A stretch of 64,000 nt of DNA from Clostridiales bacterium (GTDB taxonomy: Bacteria > Bacillota > Clostridia > Christensenellales > Aristaeellaceae). The notes under the pieces are model-generated. The model ran no database searches, was not told the origin of the DNA, and worked only from the letters and a program-made list of their open reading frames with translations. The number at the start of each line of letters is the position of its first letter. Position 1 is the stretch's first letter. Shown piece by piece: positions 54,799 to 64,000 of this stretch. Position numbers and translations under genes: made by a program. Location: contig JAAYIN010000045.1 in NCBI GenBank assembly GCA_012523405.1, positions 8,285 through 72,284 on the forward strand. The letters run 5' to 3'.

Positions 54799-57255
54799 TT
54801 ATGCGATGTCAAAAACGCTGCGTACACGCAGGTTTTCGGCCGATCCGCGAAGAAGCTTAACGCGAGTCTCGCCTGCATTGACATCAAAGAAATTATCGGA
54901 TAGGAGCATGTCGGCATCATCGGATTGGATGCATATGCTCTTTGCAAAAGCGGCGGCGGTGACGATGATGTCATCCCCTTCATTGCGAGCGGTAAGCGCA
55001 GGATCGATGAATTCGAAATGCTTGGGCGCGCAAAATAGCTTCGTTCCGTCCGTTATGGTCTTGCCATCTACCTCAAATGAGAAGCTGGCATAGGTTGCTG
55101 TGACGGAGGTATCGCCAAAGTCCAGCTTATCAAGCCATGCGGAGGATAATGCGGGGACGGTGACGGCGGTGTCGCCGCTTGTGATGATGGAAGCATCGGG
55201 ATTGCGCAGTGCCCAGTGCACCACGCCGCTCACGTCAGCTCTTGATTCGTTTGCAATGCATAGCGTGATGCTGCGCTCAATATGCTCTGGATGAAATTCG
55301 TTGATTTTGGGGTTCTGGCTGACTTCGCCTTCTTCAAGAGCGGAAATCATGATGGGGGCAAAGAAGCGCTTGGCTGCATAGTGCATTGCCTTCCAGCGAC
55401 CAAAATAGTCAATGGATGCCCATGATGCGACAGGCCAGCAGTCGTTCAGCTGCCAGATGATCGCGCCCATGCAGCGACCGCGGTTGCGCCGCCAGTGTTC
55501 AACGCCGTAGCGAATTGCATCGGCTTGCAGGAGCTGCGAGGTGTAGAGCAGCTGATCGAAATCCTTTGGATACAGGTAGGTTTGCGACATGTAAGCAAGG
55601 ATTTTGCCGTTGGCAGCCTGATTGCGTTGGTGGCGTTCCATGACGCGGGAGAATATATTGCGATCGCTGGGCAATGTGAAGCTTTCAACGGTTTCTAGGC
55701 AGGGAAAGGACTGGAACCCGAATTCCGAAACATAGCGGAAGTGGAATTTATGATAATCGGTGAAGGGCTTTTCGCCATGCCAAACATCCCAGTAATGCAC
55801 ATCGCCTCGGTTTTGATCGCCCGTGTTGTCAAACGACCCGCCGGATGAGGGCGAGGACGGCCAATAAAAGGTTTGCGGTGCATACTTCTCGCAAAGAGAG
55901 GGCAGGAGATACTCATACATCTTGATGTAATCTGCGTGATGGTGCTGAGCGGAGGGCGCGAAGGCTTCCATATCGCCTTTCATGCGTGCGTGGATACAGG
56001 CTTCGTGGAACGATTCCATTTCATTGTTGCCGCAGAAAAGGGCAAGGGAAGCATGATGGCGCAGACGCTTGATGTTCTGAATGCTCTCGATGGTGATCGA
56101 CTTTTCGAACTCAGGCGTGAGGTCATAGTAAGCGCATGCATACATGAAGTCCTGCCAGACCATCAGACCCAGCTCATCGCAGATATCAAAGAAGAAATTA
56201 TCGGGGTAGTATCCGCCGCCCCAAATGCGGATGGTGTTGAAGTTGGCAAGCTTTGCATCTTCAAGCAGACGGCGGGTGCGCTCGGGATTAACGCGCTGTA
56301 GAATGTTGTCTTCTGGAATGTAGTCCGCGCCCATGGCAAAGACCTTCACGCCATTGATGATATGGCAGAATTCCTCGCCCCACTCGTCCTTGTCGCGGGA
56401 GATGCTAAGTGTCCTCAGACCGATTCTGCGATTCCAAGTATCCTGCTTGACGCCATCGGCATAGAGCGTGACACATACATCATACAATGGCTGTGCACCA
56501 TAGCCGGCTGGCCACCAAAGCTCGGGATCCTCGACGATGATTTTGCCGTCTTCATCCGCTGCGTATTCTTTGCCGTCAGGAGCGGTGACGGCGGCTGTCC
56601 ATGTGGTCTGCGCATCGCCTAGGATCTCAGGGGTGAGGGTTAATGCGACTTGGTTTTCGCTGTGCTCTTGATGGATCATGACGCTCTCAAAGCGTGCCTG
56701 ATCGATTAGCAGAAGCGAAATATTGCGCCAAATGCCTGCATCAGGAAGGCGCGGACCCCAGTCCCAACCGTACATGCAATGCGCCTTGCGGATATGCTGA
56801 AAACCGGGCGTTGCGTCCGATGAACCCCAGCCCGGGCTTTTCTCATAGGCATCAAGAGCGTACTCGATGGGAGAATCAAAGTGAATGCTGATCTCGTTTG
56901 TGCCGCTGTGCAGCAGGCTTTTGACATCCCATTCCCATGTGATATACATATTATCGGCATCGCCGACCTTCTGGCCGTTGATCGTTACTTGTGCGAGTGT
57001 ATCAAGACCTTCGCAGCAAAGCAAAATGGATGGGGTGTTTAGCGTATCTATGTCAATGTCAAAGCTGCGGCTGAATGTGAAATCCTTGCGAAGCAGCTCA
57101 AACGCCTCTAGTTCGTTTTCTCTATAGAATGGATCGTCCATTGTCCCATCTGCAAGAAGTGCGGAATAAACAGAACCGGGGATAAGTGCTTCGTGTTGAT
57201 CGATTTGATCGGCAATTTTCATACGCCAGAGACCATTTAGTGCGATGGACTTCAT
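54799..57255 (-). CDS. GH2 beta-mannosidase
   Basis: NFNTIRIWGGGYYPDNFFFDICDELGLMVWQDFMYAC, acid/base region FCGNNE, nucleophile region VSEFGFQSFP. The ATG at 57255 is preferred, with a TTG at 57264 as the alternative. Confidence 0.9.
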   Translation of the reverse strand: MKSIALNGLWRMKIADQIDQHEALIPGSVYSALLADGTMDDPFYRENELEAFELLRKDFTFSRSFDIDIDTLNTPSILLCCEGLDTLAQVTINGQKVGDADNMYITWEWDVKSLLHSGTNEISIHFDSPIEYALDAYEKSPGWGSSDATPGFQHIRKAHCMYGWDWGPRLPDAGIWRNISLLLIDQARFESVMIHQEHSENQVALTLTPEILGDAQTTWTAAVTAPDGKEYAADEDGKIIVEDPELWWPAGYGAQPLYDVCVTLYADGVKQDTWNRRIGLRTLSISRDKDEWGEEFCHIINGVKVFAMGADYIPEDNILQRVNPERTRRLLEDAKLANFNTIRIWGGGYYPDNFFFDICDELGLMVWQDFMYACAYYDLTPEFEKSITIESIQNIKRLRHHASLALFCGNNEMESFHEACIHARMKGDMEAFAPSAQHHHADYIKMYEYLLPSLCEKYAPQTFYWPSSPSSGGSFDNTGDQNRGDVHYWDVWHGEKPFTDYHKFHFRYVSEFGFQSFPCLETVESFTLPSDRNIFSRVMERHQRNQAANGKILAYMSQTYLYPKDFDQLLYTSQLLQADAIRYGVEHWRRNRGRCMGAIIWQLNDCWPVASWASIDYFGRWKAMHYAAKRFFAPIMISALEEGEVSQNPKINEFHPEHIERSITLCIANESRADVSGVVHWALRNPDASIITSGDTAVTVPALSSAWLDKLDFGDTSVTATYASFSFEVDGKTITDGTKLFCAPKHFEFIDPALTARNEGDDIIVTAAAFAKSICIQSDDADMLLSDNFFDVNAGETRVKLLRGSAENLRVRSVFDIA

Positions 57256-57340
57256 CTGTTTCAACTGCTTTCAATTATATACTTTACAAAGCGTGCATGA
57301 TGCCTTATGCTTGTCCTAGTTTTGAATTTGGAGGGTACTA

Positions 57341-58693
57341 ATGATGTCACTAGATATGACACAAGGTAAACCGCTTCGTCTGATTGTAAGATTCGCGTTG
57401 CCTTTCATGTTTTCCTCCATCCTCCAGCAGCTTTATACGATGACCGATAGCGTGGTTGTTGGCCGAGCGCTTGGCGCACAAGCCTTTGCGGCGATTGGTT
57501 CGTCGAGTTTTTTACAATGGTTTTTGCTCAGTGCCATCATCGGCCTCACACAGGGATTTGGCGTTGTGCTTGCACAGCGATTTGGTGCAAAGGACTGGCA
57601 GGGGTTTCGCAGGGCGGTTTCCATGAGCCTGATGCTGGCGGCAGGGCTTTGCGCATTGCTGACGCTTATCGGGCTTGTTTTTTTGGAGGAAGCACTCACG
57701 CTGCTGGGTACCCCTATAGAACTTAGAGCCTATGTGTCGCAATATTTACGGGCCCTTTGGTCTGGCTTGATGCTCTCGGCGATATACAATGTGTGTGCGG
57801 CGGTGCTCAGGGGCATGGGCGATAGCCGTACGCCTTTCATTGCGCTGGTAATATCAACTGCGCTGAACATTGTGCTTGATATCCTGCTGCTGATGGTCTT
57901 TGGGATGGGCGTGGCAGGCGCAGCGATTGCAACGCTGATTGCGCAGGCAGTCGCGCTTGGGTATTGCTTGCGTACCTTGTGGAGGTCGCAACTAGCAAAA
58001 CCCTTGCGGGAGGATTGGGCACTTGATCGCCCAACGGTACGTGAGCTTTTGCGGCTCGGCATGCCGCCGATGTTCAGCCATATGGTCATATCAACAGGTG
58101 AACTTGCGATGCAGAGTGCCATCAATGCATATGGTGTGGATTTTGTCACAGGTATGACGGCTTCTCAGCGGTATTTCTCGCTGCTCAATATCATTGGCTC
58201 AGCACTTGAGGGCGCAGTGGTCACGTTTGTTGGGCAGAATGTCGGAGCAAAGAAATTGCGGCGTGCGCTGGATGGAACTAGGGCGGCGATTTTGCTTGGC
58301 GTTGCATCTGCGCTGGCAACAACGGCACTTGTCGTGATCTTTGCTAAACCACTGATTCGGTTTTTTCTGCCTACATCAGGGGCGGAGATCGTTGGCATAG
58401 GCATGGGTGCGTTGCGCGTGGAGGCCTTCTTCCTGATAGCACTCTACTTGCTATGCCTCTATCGGGCAGCGATTCAAGGCATGGGCGATGCCATTGTTCC
58501 CATGATATCAGGATTTTTGGAGTTGGCACTTCGGCTTGTGTGGGTGCTATGGCTTGCTGAAAGGCTGCTTGGACGTGAAGGCCTATACTTCACGGACGGA
58601 ATTACATGGGTAGGAACGGCGGTGTACTTGATCATTTCTTATTACAAACGCCGAGCAAAGATCATCTCAGAGCTTGAGGCACAAGCTCAATGA
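57341..58693 (+). CDS. MATE-family efflux transporter
   Basis: 12 TM helices. N-terminus GKPLRLIVRFALPFMFSSILQQLYTMTDSVVVGR. Confidence 0.9.
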   Translation: MMSLDMTQGKPLRLIVRFALPFMFSSILQQLYTMTDSVVVGRALGAQAFAAIGSSSFLQWFLLSAIIGLTQGFGVVLAQRFGAKDWQGFRRAVSMSLMLAAGLCALLTLIGLVFLEEALTLLGTPIELRAYVSQYLRALWSGLMLSAIYNVCAAVLRGMGDSRTPFIALVISTALNIVLDILLLMVFGMGVAGAAIATLIAQAVALGYCLRTLWRSQLAKPLREDWALDRPTVRELLRLGMPPMFSHMVISTGELAMQSAINAYGVDFVTGMTASQRYFSLLNIIGSALEGAVVTFVGQNVGAKKLRRALDGTRAAILLGVASALATTALVVIFAKPLIRFFLPTSGAEIVGIGMGALRVEAFFLIALYLLCLYRAAIQGMGDAIVPMISGFLELALRLVWVLWLAERLLGREGLYFTDGITWVGTAVYLIISYYKRRAKIISELEAQAQ

Positions 58694-58725
58694 AAAACAC
58701 CATTCGGGTGAAAGGATGAACGACG

Positions 58726-59922
58726 TTGGGTTCTCAAAACTATAACAAAACACTTTATGCAAGCTTCGTTGGATACATTGTACAGGCGATTGTTAATAAC
58801 TTTGCGCCGCTTCTGTTTCTCACATTCCAATCTCACTACGGCATTCCATTGGCTAAGATTACGGTGCTGGTAACCGTAAACTTCGTGCTTCAATTGCTGG
58901 TTGATCTTGCGTCCATTGGCTTTGTAGATAAACTGGGCTACCGATTCTGCGTGGTGATTGCGCATATCTTTGCGGCGGTGGGTATCGTACTGCTGGCAGT
59001 GCTGCCGGAAATACTGCCTGATCCATTTGTTGGTCTGCTTATTGCGGTGACCGTCTATGCGATTGGCGGCGGACTGCTGGAAGTGCTGATCAGCCCAATC
59101 GTGGAAGCCTGCCCTACCAAGAACAAGGAGCGGGCGATGAGCTTGCTGCACTCGTTTTATTGCTGGGGTTGTGTAGGTTTGATTTTGATTTCTACATTGT
59201 TTTTTGCAGTGTTTGGTATTGAAAACTGGAAGGTGCTGGCGGTTTTACTTGCGCTGGTTCCTGCTGTGAATGCGGTTGTATTTAGCAAAGTCCCGATTGC
59301 ATCGCTGGATAACGGCGGGCATGAAGGGCTCAAACTCAAAGGTTTGTTTTCAAACAAGGTATTTTGGATTCTGATGCTGCTGATGGTCTGCGCTGGTGCG
59401 AGCGAGCAATCGGTGAGCCAGTGGGCATCGACCTTTGCAGAAAAGGGCTTGGGGTTTACCAAAACCCTTGGTGATCTCGCAGGACCCATGATGTTCTCAG
59501 TCCTCATGGGTACATCTAGGGCGATTTATGGAAAGTTTGGTGACCGCATCCCGCTATCCCGCTTTATGGTGTATAGCAGTGTGCTCTGCTGCTTTTCCTA
59601 TCTCTTGATCTCACTTACTGCATCCCCCGTGCTTGGGTTGATTGGCTGCGGGCTTTGCGGACTGTCGGTCGGTATCCTCTGGCCGGGTACGTTTAGCAGT
59701 GCAGCGGTATCGGTTCGCGGCGGAGGAACGGCAATGTTCGCGCTGCTGGCACTTGCGGGAGACTTAGGCTGCGCAGGCGGACCGACGTTTGTGGGGCTCA
59801 TTTCAAGCGCATTCAGTGATAATTTGAAAATTGGTATTTTGGCGGCCATTGTATTCCCTGTACTGCTCCTTGGGGGCATGTACTTGATGAAACGAAATGT
59901 ACCAAAGGCCGAAAGCCTATAA
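58726..59922 (+). CDS. MFS transporter
   Basis: TTG start 9 nt after AAAGGA. 12 TM helices. Confidence 0.8.
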   Translation: MGSQNYNKTLYASFVGYIVQAIVNNFAPLLFLTFQSHYGIPLAKITVLVTVNFVLQLLVDLASIGFVDKLGYRFCVVIAHIFAAVGIVLLAVLPEILPDPFVGLLIAVTVYAIGGGLLEVLISPIVEACPTKNKERAMSLLHSFYCWGCVGLILISTLFFAVFGIENWKVLAVLLALVPAVNAVVFSKVPIASLDNGGHEGLKLKGLFSNKVFWILMLLMVCAGASEQSVSQWASTFAEKGLGFTKTLGDLAGPMMFSVLMGTSRAIYGKFGDRIPLSRFMVYSSVLCCFSYLLISLTASPVLGLIGCGLCGLSVGILWPGTFSSAAVSVRGGGTAMFALLALAGDLGCAGGPTFVGLISSAFSDNLKIGILAAIVFPVLLLGGMYLMKRNVPKAESL

Positions 59923-59930
59923 GAAAAGTC

Positions 59931-59974
59931 ATAGCAAAAGGGTCATCCCAGCGACGGGGTGACCCTTTTGCTAT
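59931..59974. terminator. Bidirectional terminator between convergent genes
   Basis: 19-bp stem atagcaaaagggtcatccc/ggggtgacccttttgctat (one mismatch), 6-nt loop, T-rich flanks on both strands. Confidence 0.8.
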
Positions 59975-60036
59975 GTATTTTGGTTTTTGAAAATGAAATA
60001 AACGCAGCTTTGGGCGAATCAACGTCGCCCGCAATG

Positions 60037-60351
60037 CTAGTCTAGCATGTTGTTATCTCGCAGAGCAGCATACGCCTGATTATCCTCAGCAGTTGGATGC
60101 AGGTATTCGCCGCAAGAGGGGCAATAGCCTTCTAGGAATATATGCCTCAAGCGGCGATTGCACGATGGGCAGCCATATTCATATATAGCAAGATTTTTCG
60201 GATGTGCTGTAATTTGACCTTCTGCATAATTCCTCCATTGGCGTACATCTTTGCATTCGGTGGCGGTTTGTCTATATTCCATGATAGCAGTACGCAGCAT
60301 GCGTATCAATACATAAGCAGCCCATTGCCATCCCAACAACAGGCTGCGCAT
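60037..60351 (-). CDS. Small hypothetical protein with a C-terminal CxxC...CxxC zinc ribbon
   Basis: CPSCNRRLRHIFLEGYCPSCG. The ATG at 60351 lies 4 nt after the upstream stop. There is no good RBS, and the longer ORF-track form overlaps the upstream gene. Confidence 0.4.
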   Translation of the reverse strand: MRSLLLGWQWAAYVLIRMLRTAIMEYRQTATECKDVRQWRNYAEGQITAHPKNLAIYEYGCPSCNRRLRHIFLEGYCPSCGEYLHPTAEDNQAYAALRDNNMLD

Positions 60352-60355
60352 GGTA

Positions 60356-61360
60356 TTAAGTTTTGTTCTCCTTGCTGCGTACCGCTTGATATGTGACGAT
60401 AAGCGCTGCAAAAACAACACCTGCAACAGGCCAAATAATCCAGCTGCTGTTCCATTTGTCTGTGATAAGGCTGTATCCAAGATAAATAGCAGTGACAATT
60501 AACCAGTAAACGGCACTTAGGTTTTCTGTACCTTGGTTCATTGCTTTTTGCTTCTTTGTATACTCGCCTTCTTCCAGCAACTTTTGCATGCTCGCCCAAT
60601 TGATGCCTGCAATAATGAAGAAAACCACGCCGATGCCGACCAAGAGCAAGTTCAGAGCGACTGCACTAACCATGTAGAACCCTTGCATCGTGTTTTCAGG
60701 CAGCAGAATACTGACGAAAATCGGGATGACTGACAAGATACAGAGGCAAGTACCAAGAACGTTATACTTGGTGTGGGTGTTGCTGTAGCGGCTTCGCCTT
60801 TCACCTACCATGCTGGAAACACCATAGGCGGTATCAATGGATTCGTTTTCAAGAAATTCGAAGGTTTCTGTTTTTTTACCGCAGATAATGAAGAGCGAGA
60901 CGGCGGGTACAAGAATCAAGATCAACAAAATAAGACCGAGGCCGACAGCAAGGTTGTCAGAGATGGATAATTGCCCAAACTCTGATGCGGCACTGAGCAG
61001 CAGAAGCGGAATGGGAGAGATGATGCAAAGAAAGGTAGCAAATGCAATCCACTTAGCGGTTTGTTCTTTGACGGACAAAAAGTCATTGGCTTGTTCAAGT
61101 GAAATGCGGCGCGCTGCTTGATCTGTAGTGTCCACCTCTTGGATTTGATCTTCTTCAAGTTCTACTTCATCCTTAAGCAGGTAATCAGTGCTTACGCCAA
61201 ATATTTCTGAGAGCTTGAGTATTTTCCCTAGGTCAGGGACGGACATCGCACTCTCCCATTTGGAAACCGATTGTCTGGATACGTCCATTTGATTTGCTAA
61301 TTCTTCCTGTGACCATCCGCTCTTTTTCCTGAGCATGATGATTTTATCTGCTAAAATCAT
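60356..61360 (-). CDS. XRE-family HTH protein fused to a polytopic membrane domain
   Basis: GGTGAAGGAA RBS, then the ATG at 61360. LADKIIMLRKKSGWSQEELANQMDVSRQSVSKWESAMSVPDLGKILKLSEIFGVSTDYLL, an acidic linker, then about 6 TM helices. Confidence 0.8.
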   Translation of the reverse strand: MILADKIIMLRKKSGWSQEELANQMDVSRQSVSKWESAMSVPDLGKILKLSEIFGVSTDYLLKDEVELEEDQIQEVDTTDQAARRISLEQANDFLSVKEQTAKWIAFATFLCIISPIPLLLLSAASEFGQLSISDNLAVGLGLILLILILVPAVSLFIICGKKTETFEFLENESIDTAYGVSSMVGERRSRYSNTHTKYNVLGTCLCILSVIPIFVSILLPENTMQGFYMVSAVALNLLLVGIGVVFFIIAGINWASMQKLLEEGEYTKKQKAMNQGTENLSAVYWLIVTAIYLGYSLITDKWNSSWIIWPVAGVVFAALIVTYQAVRSKENKT

Positions 61361-61487
61361 TTCCTTCACCTCTTCTTTGTTTTGCGTCATCCGACAAAAA
61401 CAATGTACCATGATTGACGGTTGCGAGCTATAAAGCGGGGTTGGAAGTTTGTCAACCAGTGGTTGCGAATGCGTTATTATGCGGGGT

Positions 61488-61943
61488 TTAGGCTTGATAT
61501 ACGAGCTTGAAGTCTTCAAAGACAACCATCTGATCCTCTGTAAACTCATACCCAAGCTCTACGCCCTCTTGCGTGAAGCTCGGGATATGTGCTTCGCGCC
61601 ATGTTTGAAGGCACTCATCCTCGCCTTCTCTTTTGCAAATATCAAACGTCATATCACGAAGGGAGAGGAGTGTCACTTGGGTTGTTTGGATCACGCATTT
61701 GGGCGTGCCATCCCAATCGGTAACGATGCTGTAGCCCCCCACTTTTGGCAGCTCATCACCTTCTATCTCATATGCTTTCAAACAGCTGGTAGTCGCTTGC
61801 TTTTGTCCGATCAATACGAGTGCGAGCAATTCGTTTGCCAGCTTTTCATCTGATCCGAAATGAAAAGAATCAATGTATTTGGTGCCTTCGCTGAGTCTAG
61901 CCTCCGTGATATAGATCAGCCAAAATTCACCAATTGTCATCAC
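61488..61943 (-). CDS. ASCH-domain protein
   Basis: FHFGSDEKLANELLALVLIGQKQATTS...VVFEDFKLVY, typical of the YqfB/ASCH family. Confidence 0.75.
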   Translation of the reverse strand: MMTIGEFWLIYITEARLSEGTKYIDSFHFGSDEKLANELLALVLIGQKQATTSCLKAYEIEGDELPKVGGYSIVTDWDGTPKCVIQTTQVTLLSLRDMTFDICKREGEDECLQTWREAHIPSFTQEGVELGYEFTEDQMVVFEDFKLVYQA

Positions 61944-61964
61944 GGTTCCCCCTTTAACAATAAA

Positions 61965-62405
61965 TTATAGCCACTGGATGAATGCGGTCTTATCCTCGCG
62001 ATTAAAACCCGCTTTTTCATAGAAGCGTAGGGTTTCTTCTTTTTTTGAACTCGTCATGAGCATGATCTTGTAGCAATTTTGATTCATAGCCAACTGCTTT
62101 GCAAAATCTAGCAGCGCAGACGCATAGCCCTTGTTTCGATGTTCTTCATGTGTGATCACATTTTCGATCAAGGCATAAGGGCGCTGCTGATGGGTGAGAT
62201 TCGGCATAGTGATCAACACGCAGGAGCAAACCAATAGATCATCGCTCAAACCGACGATGACGTGATGGTTCTGATCGGTCATGATGTTATTCCACAGGCC
62301 TCCAATGGCCGAATCCATGGCGGACATTTCATTGCCGTGCAGTTGGGTATATAGTGCAAGCAATGCTTGCAGGTCATGGCTCTGGGCTTCTCTGATGAGC
62401 ATCAT
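61965..62405 (-). CDS. GNAT-family N-acetyltransferase
   Basis: Acetyl-CoA motif HEEHRNKGYASALLDFA...FYEKAGF. Confidence 0.9.
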   Translation of the reverse strand: MMLIREAQSHDLQALLALYTQLHGNEMSAMDSAIGGLWNNIMTDQNHHVIVGLSDDLLVCSCVLITMPNLTHQQRPYALIENVITHEEHRNKGYASALLDFAKQLAMNQNCYKIMLMTSSKKEETLRFYEKAGFNREDKTAFIQWL

Positions 62406-62425
62406 AATGTGACTCCTTTGCGCTG

Positions 62426-63370
62426 CTATTGGTGATTGGATGCTAACTCTTGAAAATTCCTTAGGAAGCGTATCTTCTCAAGTGCTTTTTCAGACTTCCA
62501 CCAGTTTTCACTGATGGCAAATTGTTTAAAATATTGCTCCAGGTTATCAAACCATGTCCATGTGATGCCCCAAACATCGTTCTGTGGCAATGTGTCCAGC
62601 AGATAGTGATACTCAGCTAGAACGAGCGCCTTGTTCTCCTCAAAGAATGGGCTGCTGGGGGATTTGATGTAATTGGAAGGGCGAACGCCATAAAACGCCC
62701 AACGGGAAGCATCTTTATCAATGGCTTTTTTCACCAACTCATGCAGCCTGCTTTGCATTTTGTTGCAGTCAACACCGTCAAGCTTTAAACGCCTGAGTGT
62801 CTCAATCAATACGATGAAGCCGTCAATGCCCATATCGCCGAATTGATTGCTGCTAAGCATCTTCGCGGCTAAGTCATTGATGAGAAGAAGCGCCTTTTGA
62901 TATAGGGCGGAGCCTTGATCAAAGTAGGTTAGAATGAATGAGCACAGCTGAGCTGTCACATCGTAGCGCTCCAGTTGATTCGCTTCCTCTGAATAATTCC
63001 ACCAAGGCGCATGCGGATAATCATCGTTTGATGCAATGGTAAAGCGCCATCCATTATCCATCAGATCCTTTTGGCTGGTCAGGTATGCCATAATGCCTTG
63101 ATAGATGGGATGGCTTAAGTCGAAATATTCGCGATCCCTTAGCGTTTTGATGGCGTGAAGTGTGGTAATTGGCGTTGCGTTTGGATTTCAATGATCCGCT
63201 TCCAAGGCGTGACCAAATCCGCCATCTGCGTTTGGATAGGCTGGTAAAGCGGATAGCACTTCTTCCTTTGATCCGTCTTCAAAGTGGTATTTCCACATGG
63301 TCAGTTCGATTTCTCGTGCGTTTAGGTGAACCCGGTTTTTAATGCTTTGGAATTGCTGCTCAGTCAACAT
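62426..63370 (-). pseudogene. 314-codon reading frame (NADGGFG-motif, alpha/alpha-toroid-like protein) interrupted by one in-frame TGA
   Basis: The 60-aa ORF (63188-63370) ends ...[14 protein letters not shown]. The same frame continues NPNATPITTLHAIKTLRDREYFDLSHPIYQGI-MAYLTSQ... into the 221-aa ORF (62426-63091). There are no other stops. Confidence 0.6.
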
Positions 63371-63391
63371 GGATTCGCTCCTTTATTCAAG

Positions 63392-64000
63392 CTATGGTCT
63401 TGCTGGCATTTGAAAATCTGCAAGAGCCCTATTGAGAAATGCATTGAATGGCTGCATTGCGATGAATGCTTCAGTTGCCATGGGAATGAAATCATCCGCG
63501 GTAAGCTGCTTATCTGAAACAGGGCATTCCAAATACCAGCTCTTGTTTTTGAGGAACTCCGCTTGCGGATGCAGCGGGTCATATCCGCGAGGCACGTTTT
63601 TGAGCGCAGCCCCTTTCACCACGAAATGCTTTGTAAAAGCGGTGTCGCTGATGAGCGCGCCCCATTCTTCGCCGTTTTGTGTGATGTAGTCCCTAATCAT
63701 TGTGGTTGCATCCTTGAACATATCGGCAAACAGACCACCGCCCAAAAAAGAACGGTTGTCGGGCATGATCATGAGGTAGTAGCCAACTGGAATAGGCAGT
63801 TTTCCCTTGGAGGATATATGCGCTCGGAATGCAGGTCGGTAGGGGGATTTGTCATGGCTGAATCTGGTATCTCGCATCAGTTTGAAGGTTACTTCCTTTG
63901 GATCGTTATGAAGGATGCTATCATCGGTTTGACCAATTTCAAAGATCAGCGTTTGGATGATCTGCAGGAAAGCAGCATTGGCTGTTTTATATTCTTCTTT
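63392..64000 (-). CDS. DUF2461 (TIGR02453) family protein, 5' end outside the window
   Basis: RDTRFSHDKSPYRPAF...GGGLF...PRGYDPLHPQAEFLKNKSW. The frame stays open to position 64000. Confidence 0.75.
   Translation of the reverse strand, partial: KEEYKTANAAFLQIIQTLIFEIGQTDDSILHNDPKEVTFKLMRDTRFSHDKSPYRPAFRAHISSKGKLPIPVGYYLMIMPDNRSFLGGGLFADMFKDATTMIRDYITQNGEEWGALISDTAFTKHFVVKGAALKNVPRGYDPLHPQAEFLKNKSWYLECPVSDKQLTADDFIPMATEAFIAMQPFNAFLNRALADFQMPARP

Noticed and set aside
60356-61555. 399-aa form of the XRE gene, overlapping the ASCH gene
   Set aside because: The N-terminal 65 residues overlap the upstream gene's 3' end. An RBS and the canonical HTH N-terminus begin at 61360.
62426-63370. Genetic code 4 (TGA = Trp) as the explanation for the in-frame TGA
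   Set aside because: Several well-supported genes in the window terminate at TGA at the expected length (for example stops at 7423-7425, 11775-11777 and 12903-12905). TGA is therefore a normal stop here.

Overview
Densely coding 64-kb chromosomal segment from a Gram-positive, Clostridia-like bacterium. This placement rests on sortase substrates, ScpAB, RecJ, LplABC-type sugar ABC systems and AAGGAGG-type ribosome-binding sites. No rRNA, CRISPR array, transposase or integrase was seen, and there is one tRNA, tRNA-Lys(CUU). The stand-out region is 1494-11818, an eight-gene sortase-dependent pilus/adhesin operon. Its core order and motifs mirror the Streptococcus pyogenes FCT/T-antigen pilus: a giant tip adhesin, a SipA-like signal peptidase with the catalytic dyad replaced (Ser to Asp, Lys to Gly), a Spy0128-like backbone pilin, a class B sortase, an FctB-like base pilin with a proline tail, and a second class B sortase. 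It differs in three ways: non-LPXTG sorting signals (TIDTG, TPDTG, TATG followed by D-x-x-P-Y), an inserted DivIVA-like cytoplasmic gene, and a Flg_new-repeat adhesin. An orphan LytTR response regulator lies upstream. The second region of interest is 43976-54160, an IclR-linked catabolic locus. It holds a glyoxylate-carboligase-like ThDP enzyme that keeps the canonical Glu, a glycerate-dehydrogenase-like enzyme, a TIM-barrel isomerase/lyase-like protein, a PF12831-type FAD oxidoreductase and a sugar ABC importer. A shared CGTTTCAT-N3-ATGAAA palindrome occurs in both of its control regions. Next to it is an AT-rich non-coding stretch by the tRNA, with an orphan terminator and two copies of a tRNA-derived 12-mer. 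The rest is ordinary: an AraC/ABC/GH2 beta-galactosidase locus, trpS, recJ, scpAB, an M50 protease, an ABC-F ATPase, galK, ftsH-like, a class A PBP, GH2 beta-mannosidase, MATE and MFS transporters, and small accessory genes. One of the accessory genes is split by an in-frame TGA. All family calls come from motif recognition by eye, and no database search was run.
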